NCBI GenBank assembly: GCA_965217585.1
Contig: OZ244561.1
Coordinates: 1,568,001 to 1,632,000, forward strand
Length of the DNA: 64,000 nucleotides
Source: Candidatus Latescibacterota bacterium
GTDB taxonomy: Bacteria; Latescibacterota; UBA2968; UBA8231
Reading direction: 5' to 3'
Shown piece by piece: positions 28,607 through 38,109 of this stretch. The notes beneath the pieces are model-generated. The model was not told where the DNA came from. It ran no database searches and saw only the letters and a program-made list of their open reading frames with translations. Numbering within the stretch: the stretch's first letter is position 1; each line of letters opens with the position of its first letter. The translations under genes were made by a program, and so were the position numbers.

Positions 28607-29230
28607 TCACAACTCTGCGATCATGTCGTAATTATTGGTGCCCCCGGCCTCGAAATCGCCCACGCGCCGAAAACCGAATTTGGTGTAGAAGTGGACGGCG
28701 CGGGGATTGTCCGCGCGCACTCCGCCCCACAGCAGCAGGCGCTGCCGCCCCAGCCGTGGCAACAGTCTCAGCAGATGCTGCATCATCAAACTGCCGAGCC
28801 CCTCGCTCTGGTACGCGTCGGCCACGGAAGGAGCCAAGGTGCAATCGGTCTCGTCGTGCAGAGCCAAGCCCAATGCTTCGTAGCGCCGGCGATCCCCGGC
28901 CCGCACGCCCAGTTCGACGACGAAATACCCCACAATGCGCTCGACCCCCTCCTCCTCGATCCAAGCCAACATACGCAGCGTGTGGGCGCTGTCCAACGCG
29001 GCGCAAAAACCATCGGCCGTCTCCTGGTCAAACCGGTGCGGTCCGTACACCCGGCGGGTGGCTTGCGACAAGCCGGTGAAATACGCGCCCAAGGCAGCGG
29101 CCTGATCGGCGCGCAACGGGCGGAAATAAACCCGTTGGCCCGAAGCCAGTACCTCGCTGGACGAGACCAGATCGGGGTGCGCATCTATGGTATTGGGATC
29201 AATCTGCATGAGGACATTGTTCCCGCACAT
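28607..29230 (-). CDS. GNAT-family N-acetyltransferase
   Basis: VADAYQSEGLGS acetyl-CoA motif, N.RAVHFYTKFGF; ATG 29230 coupled to the upstream TAA. Confidence 0.85.
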   Translation of the reverse strand: MCGNNVLMQIDPNTIDAHPDLVSSSEVLASGQRVYFRPLRADQAAALGAYFTGLSQATRRVYGPHRFDQETADGFCAALDSAHTLRMLAWIEEEGVERIVGYFVVELGVRAGDRRRYEALGLALHDETDCTLAPSVADAYQSEGLGSLMMQHLLRLLPRLGRQRLLLWGGVRADNPRAVHFYTKFGFRRVGDFEAGGTNNYDMIAEL

Positions 29231-30156
29231 TAAATCAAGCCATGCTCTTCCAGAAACTCGGTGGTCATGGTCGCGCATTCTTGCGAGAATTCGAGCGGCA
29301 GAAAGTGGGTTGAGTCCGGGATAAAGTCATAGTCCATCATGGAAAGCGTACCTAATTTTATGCCGGGCAGGAATGAGAATGGGACTGTGGGGTCGGCACC
29401 GATTGCCTTTGCAGGGCAGGAAAGGCCAAGGCGTTCCATTTCTTCGTACGCTTGCATGGTCCAGCCAAAGTAGTAGTCGCAGACTTGCGCTTCGTACTCT
29501 CGCGGACAACGCAACTCATATCCCCCGTCGCCATCGGGACGCAGCGTGGTCTGGCTGAATAGCTCTATCACGCCCGGTTGGAGACGCTGGAACGTGCGCG
29601 AACGTCTGAGGGATTCACTAAAATCCTCCAAACTAGCGAATTTGACCGTGCGCTGGCGCGCTCGTTCTCCCATGGTGTAGCCGATTTCCAGATTGTCCTC
29701 GGGCGTGTTGCGGGAAGGACAAATGGGCACGTCGAGCAGCACTAGGGCCGCAAAGCCGCTTTCACCTTGCAGTTGATGCAGCAGTGCTATCAACGCCGAC
29801 ATGGAATGAAATACGCCAATCTGCGGTTTCGCTCCAAAGTGAGCGTCGATCTCCCGTGCGATGCTTTGGCTGTCGCTGACGAACGTGGGGAAATTATGCG
29901 TTTGACGATCCCAGACCGGATTCCAGCCATGGCTGCGGATATCATAGAGCATGATGTCAAAGCGATCCATTAGCAATGACCAGAATGGATAGTACAGGTC
30001 AGCGGCGAGCGCATTGCCGTGGCTGAGCACCATCCGCGGGCCGGAGGGGTTGCCGTGCCGGCGCAGCGCGATAGGTGCGCCGTCCGCCATCTGAACCCTC
30101 ACAGTCTCCAAGGGAGTGGGTACGTTCCAACGTTCGGGCGGTGTTGACCTTTGCAT
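29230..30156 (-). CDS. Alpha/beta hydrolase
   Basis: SHGN, YDIRSHG, FHSMSA nucleophile elbow, THFLPLE. Confidence 0.82.
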   Translation of the reverse strand: MQRSTPPERWNVPTPLETVRVQMADGAPIALRRHGNPSGPRMVLSHGNALAADLYYPFWSLLMDRFDIMLYDIRSHGWNPVWDRQTHNFPTFVSDSQSIAREIDAHFGAKPQIGVFHSMSALIALLHQLQGESGFAALVLLDVPICPSRNTPEDNLEIGYTMGERARQRTVKFASLEDFSESLRRSRTFQRLQPGVIELFSQTTLRPDGDGGYELRCPREYEAQVCDYYFGWTMQAYEEMERLGLSCPAKAIGADPTVPFSFLPGIKLGTLSMMDYDFIPDSTHFLPLEFSQECATMTTEFLEEHGLI

Positions 30157-30178
30157 TTTGTCAGCACTCCTACTCTGC

Positions 30179-30736
30179 CTAAACTTCCCGGGCAACTCGG
30201 ATATTGCCTTTCCCCAGCAACGCCTGATACGCCACCAACGCCCCCGCCACGTGAACATTCATCGACGGCCCCTTGCCGTACATGGGGATATAAACTGCCC
30301 CATCGCACAGCGCCAAGGTCTGTCGATAGACACCTTTGGTCTCGTTGCCGAGCACCAAACACACTTTGTCGGGGAAATCGTATTCCAAATAGCACATCGC
30401 CCCCTGCACCATTTCCAACGCCACCAAGTGATACCCCTCGTCCCGCAGTGCGTTGGCCGCTTCGTCCATGCGCCCGATCCGCCGCCACGCCACCCGCCGC
30501 TCATGCCCCCGCGCCGTGCGTTCAATATCCTCGTGCGGCGGCGAGGGCGTTGCGCCCGTAAAAACCAACTCGCGCGCCCCGCACGCATCGGCAATGCGAA
30601 ACATCGAGCCGACATTGAGCGGGTCTTCGACACTCTGCAGTAAGAAGGCTAGCTCCACCTTGGGCGGGTAGCTCTTCGCCGCGTCCGCAAAGAGCCGCTT
30701 GACCTCAACCTTGCGCAAGGGGCGCATCGGCTTCAA
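30179..30736 (-). CDS. TrmH/SpoU-family RNA methyltransferase
   Basis: NVGSMFR.ADA, LVLGNETKGV, IPMYG...SMNV. Confidence 0.9.
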   Translation of the reverse strand: MKPMRPLRKVEVKRLFADAAKSYPPKVELAFLLQSVEDPLNVGSMFRIADACGARELVFTGATPSPPHEDIERTARGHERRVAWRRIGRMDEAANALRDEGYHLVALEMVQGAMCYLEYDFPDKVCLVLGNETKGVYRQTLALCDGAVYIPMYGKGPSMNVHVAGALVAYQALLGKGNIRVAREV

Positions 30737-30746
30737 TAGGGCCGGA

Positions 30747-31574
30747 TCAAAAGCGGATGGCCTTGTACTTCTTCACGTGCTCGGTAATGGCCACTTCTAC
30801 CGGCAACCGCTCCATGCTCGACGCGCCGTAGAAGCCATCGACGCCCCGCGTGTTTTGCAACACGTATTCGGCGTCCTCTGGCTCTGAAATCGGCCCCCCG
30901 TGGCACAGCACAATCACCTCTTTGGACACCCCGCGTGCCGCGTCGCATATCGCCTGCACAAACCCCACTGATTCCTCCAGAGTCAGCGCGGTCGTCGCGC
31001 CAATCACGCCCTTTGTAGTAAGCCCAGTGTGCGCCACCACAATGTCGGCACCGGCCGCCGCCATCTGCTCGCCCTCTTGGGGATTAAACGCATACGGCGT
31101 CGTCAACAACCCCATCTCGTGCGCCGTGCGGATCATCTCCACCTCCTCCCCATAGCCCATCCCGGTCTCCTCCAAGTTCTGCCGATACAACCCGTCAATC
31201 AGCCCCACGGTCGGAAAATTCTGCACGCCGGAAAACCCGATTGCCGCAACTTCGCGCAAGAAAACGTCCATCTGCCGGAACGGGTCCGTCCCGCACACAC
31301 CGGCCAGCACCGGCGTATCCTCCACTACCGTTAACACCTCCCCAGCCATATCCATCACAATCGCATTGGCATCCCCATACGGCATGGTCCCGGCCAGCGA
31401 CCCCCGGCCCGCCATGCGAAATCGCCCGGAATTGTAAATCACAATCAAGTCAACCCCGCCGGCCTCCTCGAACTTTGCGCTGATCCCGGTGCCAGCCCCC
31501 GCGCCGATAATGGGAACCCCATCGGCGATGTTCTGCCGCAACCTCGCGAGTACTTCTTCTCTAGTAAAAGCCAT
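30747..31574 (-). CDS. TIM-barrel signal-transduction / PEP-hydrolase-like protein (homologous to the Tm-1 C-terminal domain)
   Basis: [52 protein letters not shown]. Confidence 0.9.
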   Translation of the reverse strand: MAFTREEVLARLRQNIADGVPIIGAGAGTGISAKFEEAGGVDLIVIYNSGRFRMAGRGSLAGTMPYGDANAIVMDMAGEVLTVVEDTPVLAGVCGTDPFRQMDVFLREVAAIGFSGVQNFPTVGLIDGLYRQNLEETGMGYGEEVEMIRTAHEMGLLTTPYAFNPQEGEQMAAAGADIVVAHTGLTTKGVIGATTALTLEESVGFVQAICDAARGVSKEVIVLCHGGPISEPEDAEYVLQNTRGVDGFYGASSMERLPVEVAITEHVKKYKAIRF

Positions 31575-31580
31575 GGCCGC

Positions 31581-31994
31581 CTATCCGTTTAATGCCTTTT
31601 CTATCTGCACCCCTTCCATCTTCCGCAACTCGGCCTCCGGCCCAAACGGCGCGTATATGGCGATCAACTTCATCGGGGCGTCCCCATTGTTGACCGTCGA
31701 GTGATACACGGCCGTCGGAATGTGTACTAGTTCCCCTGGGCCGATCTCCTTTTCCAGCATGCCCGACTCCAGCTCTACTGTCTGAATCCCGGTGCCCTCT
31801 ATCACGTAGAGGATTTCCTCGCTGTAAGGATGGTTGTGGCGCACGTGGCCCTTGCCCGACTCCAGCTCCACCACGCCGCAGCTAAAGTGCTCGGCCGCGG
31901 TCACCAGCGGCTCGGAAAGCCAGTTCAGCCGACCCCAGTCAAAGACTTGGGTTTCCACATCGGCGCACTGGATGAATGTCTTTTTCTCGCTCAT
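31581..31994 (-). CDS. Cupin-domain protein
   Basis: GHVRHNHP.SEEILYVIEG and IPTAVYH metal-binding motifs; ATGA overlap with the upstream gene. Confidence 0.88.
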   Translation of the reverse strand: MSEKKTFIQCADVETQVFDWGRLNWLSEPLVTAAEHFSCGVVELESGKGHVRHNHPYSEEILYVIEGTGIQTVELESGMLEKEIGPGELVHIPTAVYHSTVNNGDAPMKLIAIYAPFGPEAELRKMEGVQIEKALNG

Positions 31995-33226
31995 AACTCC
32001 TCTCCTGCTTTCTCGGCAATTAGCTCCAGCAGCAGCGCGGTCGCTGCGGCTGCAAACGCTGGATCGTTGATGTTGTGATCGACTTCGCGGACGAGGATGC
32101 CCTCGTCCAAGTTGGCTTTGAGGGCGTCGCCAAAGGCGCGGTCGGCTTCGCGGTCGCAAAACAGCTCGCCATCGCCATCGAGGATCGACACGCCTCTAAG
32201 CGGAATGAGCAAGGCGACCGGACCTGTGGCAGCGTTGAGCTTTTCAGCAAATATCCGGCCCATCTGCGCATTCTCCTCGGCATTGGTGCGCATCAAGGTC
32301 ACCTCTGGATTCCACTCGTAAAAGAGCCGCGTGCCGTCCTTGTATTTTGGCGGCACAGTATCCATGCCGCCAAAATTGGCCATGTCCACGCAGCCGGGGA
32401 CCACTAGCTGGGGCAAACCCGCCCGGCCCGCTGCGTTCAAGCGGTCTGGACCCGCGCTAAAGACGCCGCCGCACACTTCGTCGGCCCACTCGGTAGTAGT
32501 GATGTCCAGCACCGCATCCACCAAGCCCTCGTCAATGAGCGACTCCATGGTGCGGCCGCCAGTGCCAGTGGCGTGAAAGACCAAGACTTCGTACCCGCTT
32601 GCCGATAGGGCCTCGCAGCACGCGTTGACGCATTCGGTGGTATTGCCAAACATCGACGCGACGACGATTGGCTTGTCATCGCCAGCCGGTGCCGGCTCGG
32701 CCTCGACCATGCCGCAGATCGCGCCAGCGGCCCGCGTAAAAATCACCCGCGAAATCCGATTGACCCCGGCCACATCCACAATCGACGGAATGAGCACGAC
32801 GTCCTTGCTGCCCACGTACGCGGCGGTGTCGCCAGCCGCCACGGTCGAAACGCACACCTTGGGCACGCCCACCGGCAGGGCGCGCATGGCCGCGGTCACC
32901 ACGCTGCTGCCACCGGACCCACCCATGCCGACGATACCGTCAAACCGGCCCTCGGCGTACCCTTGCTCCGCCACCTTGGCCGCGCCCTCACCCATAGCTT
33001 TCATGGCGGCACCGCGATCGCCAGCCGCGCGCAGCGACTCCAGCGATGCGCCACCGGCCGCCGCCACTTCGCTGGCATCCACGTCCACGGTAAAGGCTTC
33101 GCACTCACCCATAACGCCCGTATTCACCGCCAGCACTTCGTGGCCGCGAGCTAAAATCTGCTCGTGCAAGAAGGCGTATTCCACGCCCTTGGTGTCAAAC
33201 GCCCCAACCATCATAATCGTAGCCAT
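31991..33226 (-). CDS. UPF0261 / Tm-1-like ATP-binding domain protein
   Basis: DTKG.E, GGSGG, PVGVPK..VST, SMFGNTT, FHATGTGG, LDITTTE, PG.VDM.NFG, HNINDP.FA. Confidence 0.92.
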   Translation of the reverse strand: MATIMMVGAFDTKGVEYAFLHEQILARGHEVLAVNTGVMGECEAFTVDVDASEVAAAGGASLESLRAAGDRGAAMKAMGEGAAKVAEQGYAEGRFDGIVGMGGSGGSSVVTAAMRALPVGVPKVCVSTVAAGDTAAYVGSKDVVLIPSIVDVAGVNRISRVIFTRAAGAICGMVEAEPAPAGDDKPIVVASMFGNTTECVNACCEALSASGYEVLVFHATGTGGRTMESLIDEGLVDAVLDITTTEWADEVCGGVFSAGPDRLNAAGRAGLPQLVVPGCVDMANFGGMDTVPPKYKDGTRLFYEWNPEVTLMRTNAEENAQMGRIFAEKLNAATGPVALLIPLRGVSILDGDGELFCDREADRAFGDALKANLDEGILVREVDHNINDPAFAAAATALLLELIAEKAGEEL

Positions 33227-33267
33227 AACGCTCTCCTCAAGCTGGCGTCGTTAGGTGCTTTTCTTCT

Positions 33268-33295
33268 TGTCATGCTGAGCGCAGCGAAGCATCTC
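33268..33295 (+). repeat. REP-like intergenic motif TGTCATGCTGAGCGCAGCGAAGCATCTC
   Basis: Matches from memory a widespread GTCATnCTGAGCG(A/C)AGCGAAG(C/A)ATCT repeat; internal ATGCT...AGCAT pairing; single copy here. Confidence 0.55.
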
Positions 33296-33342
33296 ATACC
33301 CAAAGTGCCCCATGCGCAACATCAGCCTGTAATATGGCGGCT

Positions 33343-35571
33343 TCAGCCAAAGCGCCGCAACCGGAGCGCGTTCATCACCACCGACACCGACGAAAAGGCC
33401 ATCGCGAGGCTCGCCAGCATCGGATTGAGCAGCGGACCGCCGAACAGGTAGAGCGCGCCCGCGGCCACCGGAATGCCCGCGGCGTTGTAAAAAAACGCCC
33501 AGAACAAATTCTGCTTTATGGTCCGCACAATCGCTCGGCTCAGCTCAATGGCCCGCGCCACATCCGCCAACCGGCTGTGCATGAGCACCACCGGAGCAGA
33601 CGCGGCCGCCACATCCGTGCCGGTGGCAAAGGCCATGCCCACATCGGCGGCGGCCAGCGCTGGCGCGTCGTTGATCCCATCGCCGACCATGGCCACGCAG
33701 CGGCCCTCAGCCTGCAAGGCCTGCACGGTCGCGGCCTTGTCTGCGGGCAAAACACCAGCGCGCACGGTTTCAATCCCCACCTGACGGGCCACAGCCTCAG
33801 CAGCCGGACGGCTGTCGCCCGTGAGCATCACCACCTCCAAGCCGTATTGACGCAGCCGAGCCACGTCGTCCTTGCTCTGCGGGCGAGGGCGGTCCGCCAA
33901 AGACATGCGCCCGGCCAATGTGCCCGCCGCCGCGACCCACACGGTGGTGGTACCAGCCGTCGGATCGCTGTCCTCGTCTATGTGAACTCCCACCGCCGCC
34001 ATCATGGCGCGATTGCCCACCACCACGTCCTCGCCTTCCACCACGGCCTGCGCGCCTTTGCCCGGCGTCGCCACGACTCCGCTGGCCTCCGGCACGGCAA
34101 GGTCCCGCTCTGCAGCGGCGGTCACAATCGCCGCGGCCAGCGGATGCTCCGAACCGCTCTCCACGGCCGCGGCCAACCTCAGCACTTCGTCGGCGCAGCG
34201 TCCGTTTAACGGCTCTACTGCCACAACCTGCGGCCGCCCCTCGGTGATCGTGCCGGTTTTGTCCAGCACCACGGCATCCACTTTGTGCGCCGTTTCCAGC
34301 ACTTCTGGGCTTTTGAACAAGATGCCTAAATGCGCTCCCCGACCCGTGCCGACCATGATGGCGGCCGGCGTGGCCAAGCCCAGGCTGCACGGGCAGGCGA
34401 TGATCAACACGGCCACGAAAACCTGCAACGCAAAGCTCAGGCCCTCCCCGGCCCACAACCAACCCACCGCAGCCACCACGCCTAGGACCAGCACGACCGG
34501 CACGAAATACCCGGCGACGACATCGGCTAAGCGGGCAATCGGCGCTTTGCCCGCCTGCGCGGCTTCGACTAAGCGCACCATTTGCATCAGCAGCGCATCC
34601 CCGGCCACGCGCGTTGCCCGCACCATGAGCGCGCCCGCGCCGTTGAGACTGCCGCCGGTCACAGCATCACCTAGTCCCTTGACCACGGGCAGCGATTCGC
34701 CGGTCAGCAGCGACTCATCCACTGTAGAATTTCCTTCGACGATTTCGCCGTCGGCTGGGAGGCGCTCGCCCGGACGCACGCGCAAGCAGTCGCCCACCTC
34801 GATGGCGTCGGCCGCAATTTCCCGCTCTCCATCGCCGGTCACCAGCGCGGCCTTGTCGGGCCTGAGCTGCAGCAGGGCACCTATGGCCTCCTCGGCCCGC
34901 AACCGCGAGCGCGCTTCGAGATAGCGGCCCATCAGCATCAAAGTGACAATCGTCGCAACCGTCGGGAAATAGGAGTCAAACGCCGCGGCCGCACCCACGG
35001 CGACGGACCCCAAGCCCCAAGCGCTGTAGAGCCAAGCCGCAGCCGTGCCAATGGCGATGAGCGAAAACATGTTGGGTCGGCCCCGCCACAGAGCCTGCCC
35101 GCCCTCGGCGTAGATCTGGCGGCCAACCCACAGCACCGGCAGCGCAAACAGCAGGTGCAAAACGCCCACCCGTAGCGGATGCTGGGCCAACGACAGCGCC
35201 TGGACAACGGGCGCACCCATCTGCTCGGCCATCTCCACCGCGAAGAGCGGTAGCCAAAACACAACAGCCCAGCGAAACGCACCCGCCTGCGCAGCCAGTT
35301 CGACCCGCTTGCGCTCCTGTCGCCTAGCTGCGCCTTCGGCTTCTGGGGCTTGCAGCCGCGCCTGGAACCCCGCTTTTACCACGGCCGCTGCAATGCTTTC
35401 CTCATCTACAGCCGCCGGATCAAAGCGCACGGCCATCTGCTCGGTCGCCAAGTTGACGTCAGCTACCTCGACGCCGGCCAAGCCGGACACTTGCTGCTCG
35501 ACCTGCCGCACGCAGCCAGCGCAGTGCATGCCCTCAATGGCAAAATGCTGCTCTCTACTGTTTTCTGTCAT
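33343..35571 (-). CDS. copA: Cu(I)-translocating P1B-type ATPase
   Basis: GMHCAGC HMA domain, TGES, ACPC, DKTGT, SEHP, GDGIND, FYN, MAFSS. Confidence 0.95.
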   Translation of the reverse strand: MTENSREQHFAIEGMHCAGCVRQVEQQVSGLAGVEVADVNLATEQMAVRFDPAAVDEESIAAAVVKAGFQARLQAPEAEGAARRQERKRVELAAQAGAFRWAVVFWLPLFAVEMAEQMGAPVVQALSLAQHPLRVGVLHLLFALPVLWVGRQIYAEGGQALWRGRPNMFSLIAIGTAAAWLYSAWGLGSVAVGAAAAFDSYFPTVATIVTLMLMGRYLEARSRLRAEEAIGALLQLRPDKAALVTGDGEREIAADAIEVGDCLRVRPGERLPADGEIVEGNSTVDESLLTGESLPVVKGLGDAVTGGSLNGAGALMVRATRVAGDALLMQMVRLVEAAQAGKAPIARLADVVAGYFVPVVLVLGVVAAVGWLWAGEGLSFALQVFVAVLIIACPCSLGLATPAAIMVGTGRGAHLGILFKSPEVLETAHKVDAVVLDKTGTITEGRPQVVAVEPLNGRCADEVLRLAAAVESGSEHPLAAAIVTAAAERDLAVPEASGVVATPGKGAQAVVEGEDVVVGNRAMMAAVGVHIDEDSDPTAGTTTVWVAAAGTLAGRMSLADRPRPQSKDDVARLRQYGLEVVMLTGDSRPAAEAVARQVGIETVRAGVLPADKAATVQALQAEGRCVAMVGDGINDAPALAAADVGMAFATGTDVAAASAPVVLMHSRLADVARAIELSRAIVRTIKQNLFWAFFYNAAGIPVAAGALYLFGGPLLNPMLASLAMAFSSVSVVMNALRLRRFG

Positions 35572-35608
35572 GCTGCAACCTCACAACTCAACCGACGAAC
35601 CCGCTCAA

Positions 35609-35651
35609 CGCGGTGGTTTTCAACGCCGGCACGACGTTGAAAACCACCGCG
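35609..35651. repeat. Perfect 17-bp inverted repeat (REP-like hairpin, no U-tract)
   Basis: CGCGGTGGTTTTCAACG-N9-CGTTGAAAACCACCGCG between co-oriented genes. Confidence 0.85.
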
Positions 35652-35670
35652 ACAAGCCATCTGATCCGCC

Positions 35671-36126
35671 TCAGTCGAGCGCGCCTATCAGTTGCTTGAT
35701 CCGCGCCCAAGTCGTCTCCGCAACAGCCGTATCTTGCGGTGCGGGCGGCGGAGTGCTCGCTGGGTCGGCGGGATGAAATGTCTCACCTTCTGGATTGGCA
35801 TCGCCGGCCACCCAAGTGCCGTCTGGATCGCCCAACTCCACGCCATTGGCTATTCCATCGCCATCGGAGTCTAAGGCCGCTAGCTCTGGGCCCCAAACTA
35901 CGTCGCCGGCTGCACCAGCCGCGGTGAGGAAGTTGGTTTCGATCTCTAGGCCAAACGAGTTGCGCGGCGTGCCGCCGCCGGCCGTGTGGCAGGCGTTGCA
36001 GCTAAACGCGGCACCATTGGGAATCTGGCTTACGCGCTTACCGCGTGCAGCGGCCTCCTCGGCGACCAAGCCACCGCAGAGTATAGCTGCCGTCATCAAC
36101 GCGCCCATCTTTTTCCACGTCGTCAT
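35671..36126 (-). CDS. Secreted temptin-like protein with a CxxCH haem-c motif and a C-terminal TAVxxxTWxxIK tail
   Basis: GAAGGAG RBS; signal peptide; IPNG..CNACH..GGGTPRNSFG..W.PEL..LDSDGDG..NGVELGDP..W..HP. Confidence 0.75.
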   Translation of the reverse strand: MTTWKKMGALMTAAILCGGLVAEEAAARGKRVSQIPNGAAFSCNACHTAGGGTPRNSFGLEIETNFLTAAGAAGDVVWGPELAALDSDGDGIANGVELGDPDGTWVAGDANPEGETFHPADPASTPPPAPQDTAVAETTWARIKQLIGALD

Positions 36127-36276
36127 AAGAGGTCTCCTTCCTTTTGTTTATAGATGTGTATTAAACTTGGCTCTCTCTGACTTGCCGGACAAGTCCCTAG
36201 CCGGTCGGCCCGTAGTGCCCCACGTCAGGGTTGCGTATATTGAAGCTCAATCTCGATCTACTCACGCGAGGAGGCA

Positions 36277-38103
36277 ATGCTCATGTCCACCGCTCAACGT
36301 CTCGACCTAAGCGAAATGCGGCCGCAGATCGATGTCGATCCAGCAACCTGCGTCTATCACCGGCTCGCACCGGCTAGCGAATTTGCCACAGGCGAGGGCC
36401 GGCCCTTTACCATTGATGGCATTCACCTCGCGGTCTTTCTCTACGAGGGGTCCTTTCACGCTGTTGACAATCGCTGTCCGCACATGGGCTACCCCATGTC
36501 CAAAGGCAGCATCCGCGACGGGGTGCTGATCTGCCACTGGCACCACTGGGAATTCGATCTAAAGACCGGCGGCTGCCTGCTAACTTCGGGCGACGACCTG
36601 AAAGCCTTCCCCGTGGAAGTGCGCGACGACGGCTGCGCGTGGGTGGGCATCCCGCCCGGCGAAAGAGAAGAGGCCCGCCTGCGGCTGGTGGCCCGCGGCA
36701 AGCGCGCACTCGAACAGGGGCTTAAGGACCGCAGTTCCTTCCTCATCGCCAAGGCGGTCGCCGCGCTCCGTCAGACGGGTGCCACCCCGCAGGAAATCAT
36801 CCAGCAGGGCCTCTACTACGGCGCGCACAAAACCAGCGAAGGCTGGTCGTCGGGCGTCGCCATCCTGACCCTCGCGGCGAACATGTGGGACGACATCGCC
36901 GAGGCCGATCAAAATCTCTTTCTCGTCCACGGCTTGACTCAGATTTCGCAGCGCACCTCCGGCTCGTCGCGCCGCCAGCGCTTCCCCTTTCCCCGCGCCA
37001 ATGCCGACCAAGACTTGGCCACCCTCAAGCGCTGGTTTCGCACCTTTGTCGATCAGCGGCACCACGGCGCGGCCGAGCGCATCTTGCTCACTCTGCACGA
37101 CCGCGACTGCGGCAAGGAAACCCTCGCGGATTTCGTCTTCACCGCGGCCACGGATTTCTACTTCACCGGCGACGGGCACGCCCTCGACTTTGCCAACAAA
37201 ATGTTCGAGGCCCTCGACTATGTGGAATGGGCCGGCGCGCACGAGATCCTCCGCCCGATCGTCGTTGATTTGGTGAGCCGCACCCGCCACGAAGAGACCT
37301 CGCGCTGGGCCGACAGCCTGCCGGTCTTAGAAAACATCTTCGCGCGCCTAGACGAGATCTGGGAGGACAATCAGCGCAACGAAGCTACCATCGACGTCGC
37401 CGAATTCACTCAAGTCATGCTCGGCGACGACTTTGAACCCATCCTCGTCCGCGTCGAAGCGGCCCTGCGCGCTGGCGTCCCGCCGACCCAACTCTGCCGC
37501 GCCATGACCTACGCCAGCGCGCAGCGCACCCTGCGCTTCCACCTCAAAAACGAGGGCGACTGGCACGACGTGGCCAACATTTACTCCTACGCCCACGCCC
37601 TGTATGAGACCTTCCACTACGCCGCCAGCAAGGAGCTGCTGCGCGCCATTTTCCACGGCGCGGTCTTCCTCACCTACCTGCGCTGGCTCAACATGCCGGC
37701 TGCCCGCGTCCCACGGCACGGGCAGAAGCTCGACGAGCACTTCGCCTCCAGCGAGGCCATGCTCAAGCACCTCGGCGAATTAGCCGATTTCCAAAAGGTC
37801 TTTGAGGCCGAAGTCCTCGTCAGCCAGTACCTCGAAGAAGGACGCGACATCGCCAAGCTCCGCCACGCCTTGAGCCACATCATGCTCCGCGAAGACGCCG
37901 AGCTGCACATGTTCCAAGTGCTCGAAGCTGCGTTCCGGCACTACGACCTGAGCAGCGACCCGGAGGAAAAGCGCGTCCACCTCTTGGCGGCGACCCGCTA
38001 CATCACCGCGCAAAAGGTGATGAAAAACATCCTCTGGGCCACGGAAAACGCCGAGCGGCTCCAGCGCGGCGAACTCCTCAGCGAGCGCGAAGACGACGAT
38101 TGA
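36277..38103 (+). CDS. Rieske [2Fe-2S] ferredoxin domain fused to a large helical domain of unknown function
   Basis: DNRCPHMG...CHWHHWEFDL; about 480-aa C-terminal region with GHALDF.NK, DWH, EDAELH; GAGGAGG RBS. Confidence 0.85.
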   Translation: MLMSTAQRLDLSEMRPQIDVDPATCVYHRLAPASEFATGEGRPFTIDGIHLAVFLYEGSFHAVDNRCPHMGYPMSKGSIRDGVLICHWHHWEFDLKTGGCLLTSGDDLKAFPVEVRDDGCAWVGIPPGEREEARLRLVARGKRALEQGLKDRSSFLIAKAVAALRQTGATPQEIIQQGLYYGAHKTSEGWSSGVAILTLAANMWDDIAEADQNLFLVHGLTQISQRTSGSSRRQRFPFPRANADQDLATLKRWFRTFVDQRHHGAAERILLTLHDRDCGKETLADFVFTAATDFYFTGDGHALDFANKMFEALDYVEWAGAHEILRPIVVDLVSRTRHEETSRWADSLPVLENIFARLDEIWEDNQRNEATIDVAEFTQVMLGDDFEPILVRVEAALRAGVPPTQLCRAMTYASAQRTLRFHLKNEGDWHDVANIYSYAHALYETFHYAASKELLRAIFHGAVFLTYLRWLNMPAARVPRHGQKLDEHFASSEAMLKHLGELADFQKVFEAEVLVSQYLEEGRDIAKLRHALSHIMLREDAELHMFQVLEAAFRHYDLSSDPEEKRVHLLAATRYITAQKVMKNILWATENAERLQRGELLSEREDDD

Positions 38104-38109
38104 GGGGCG

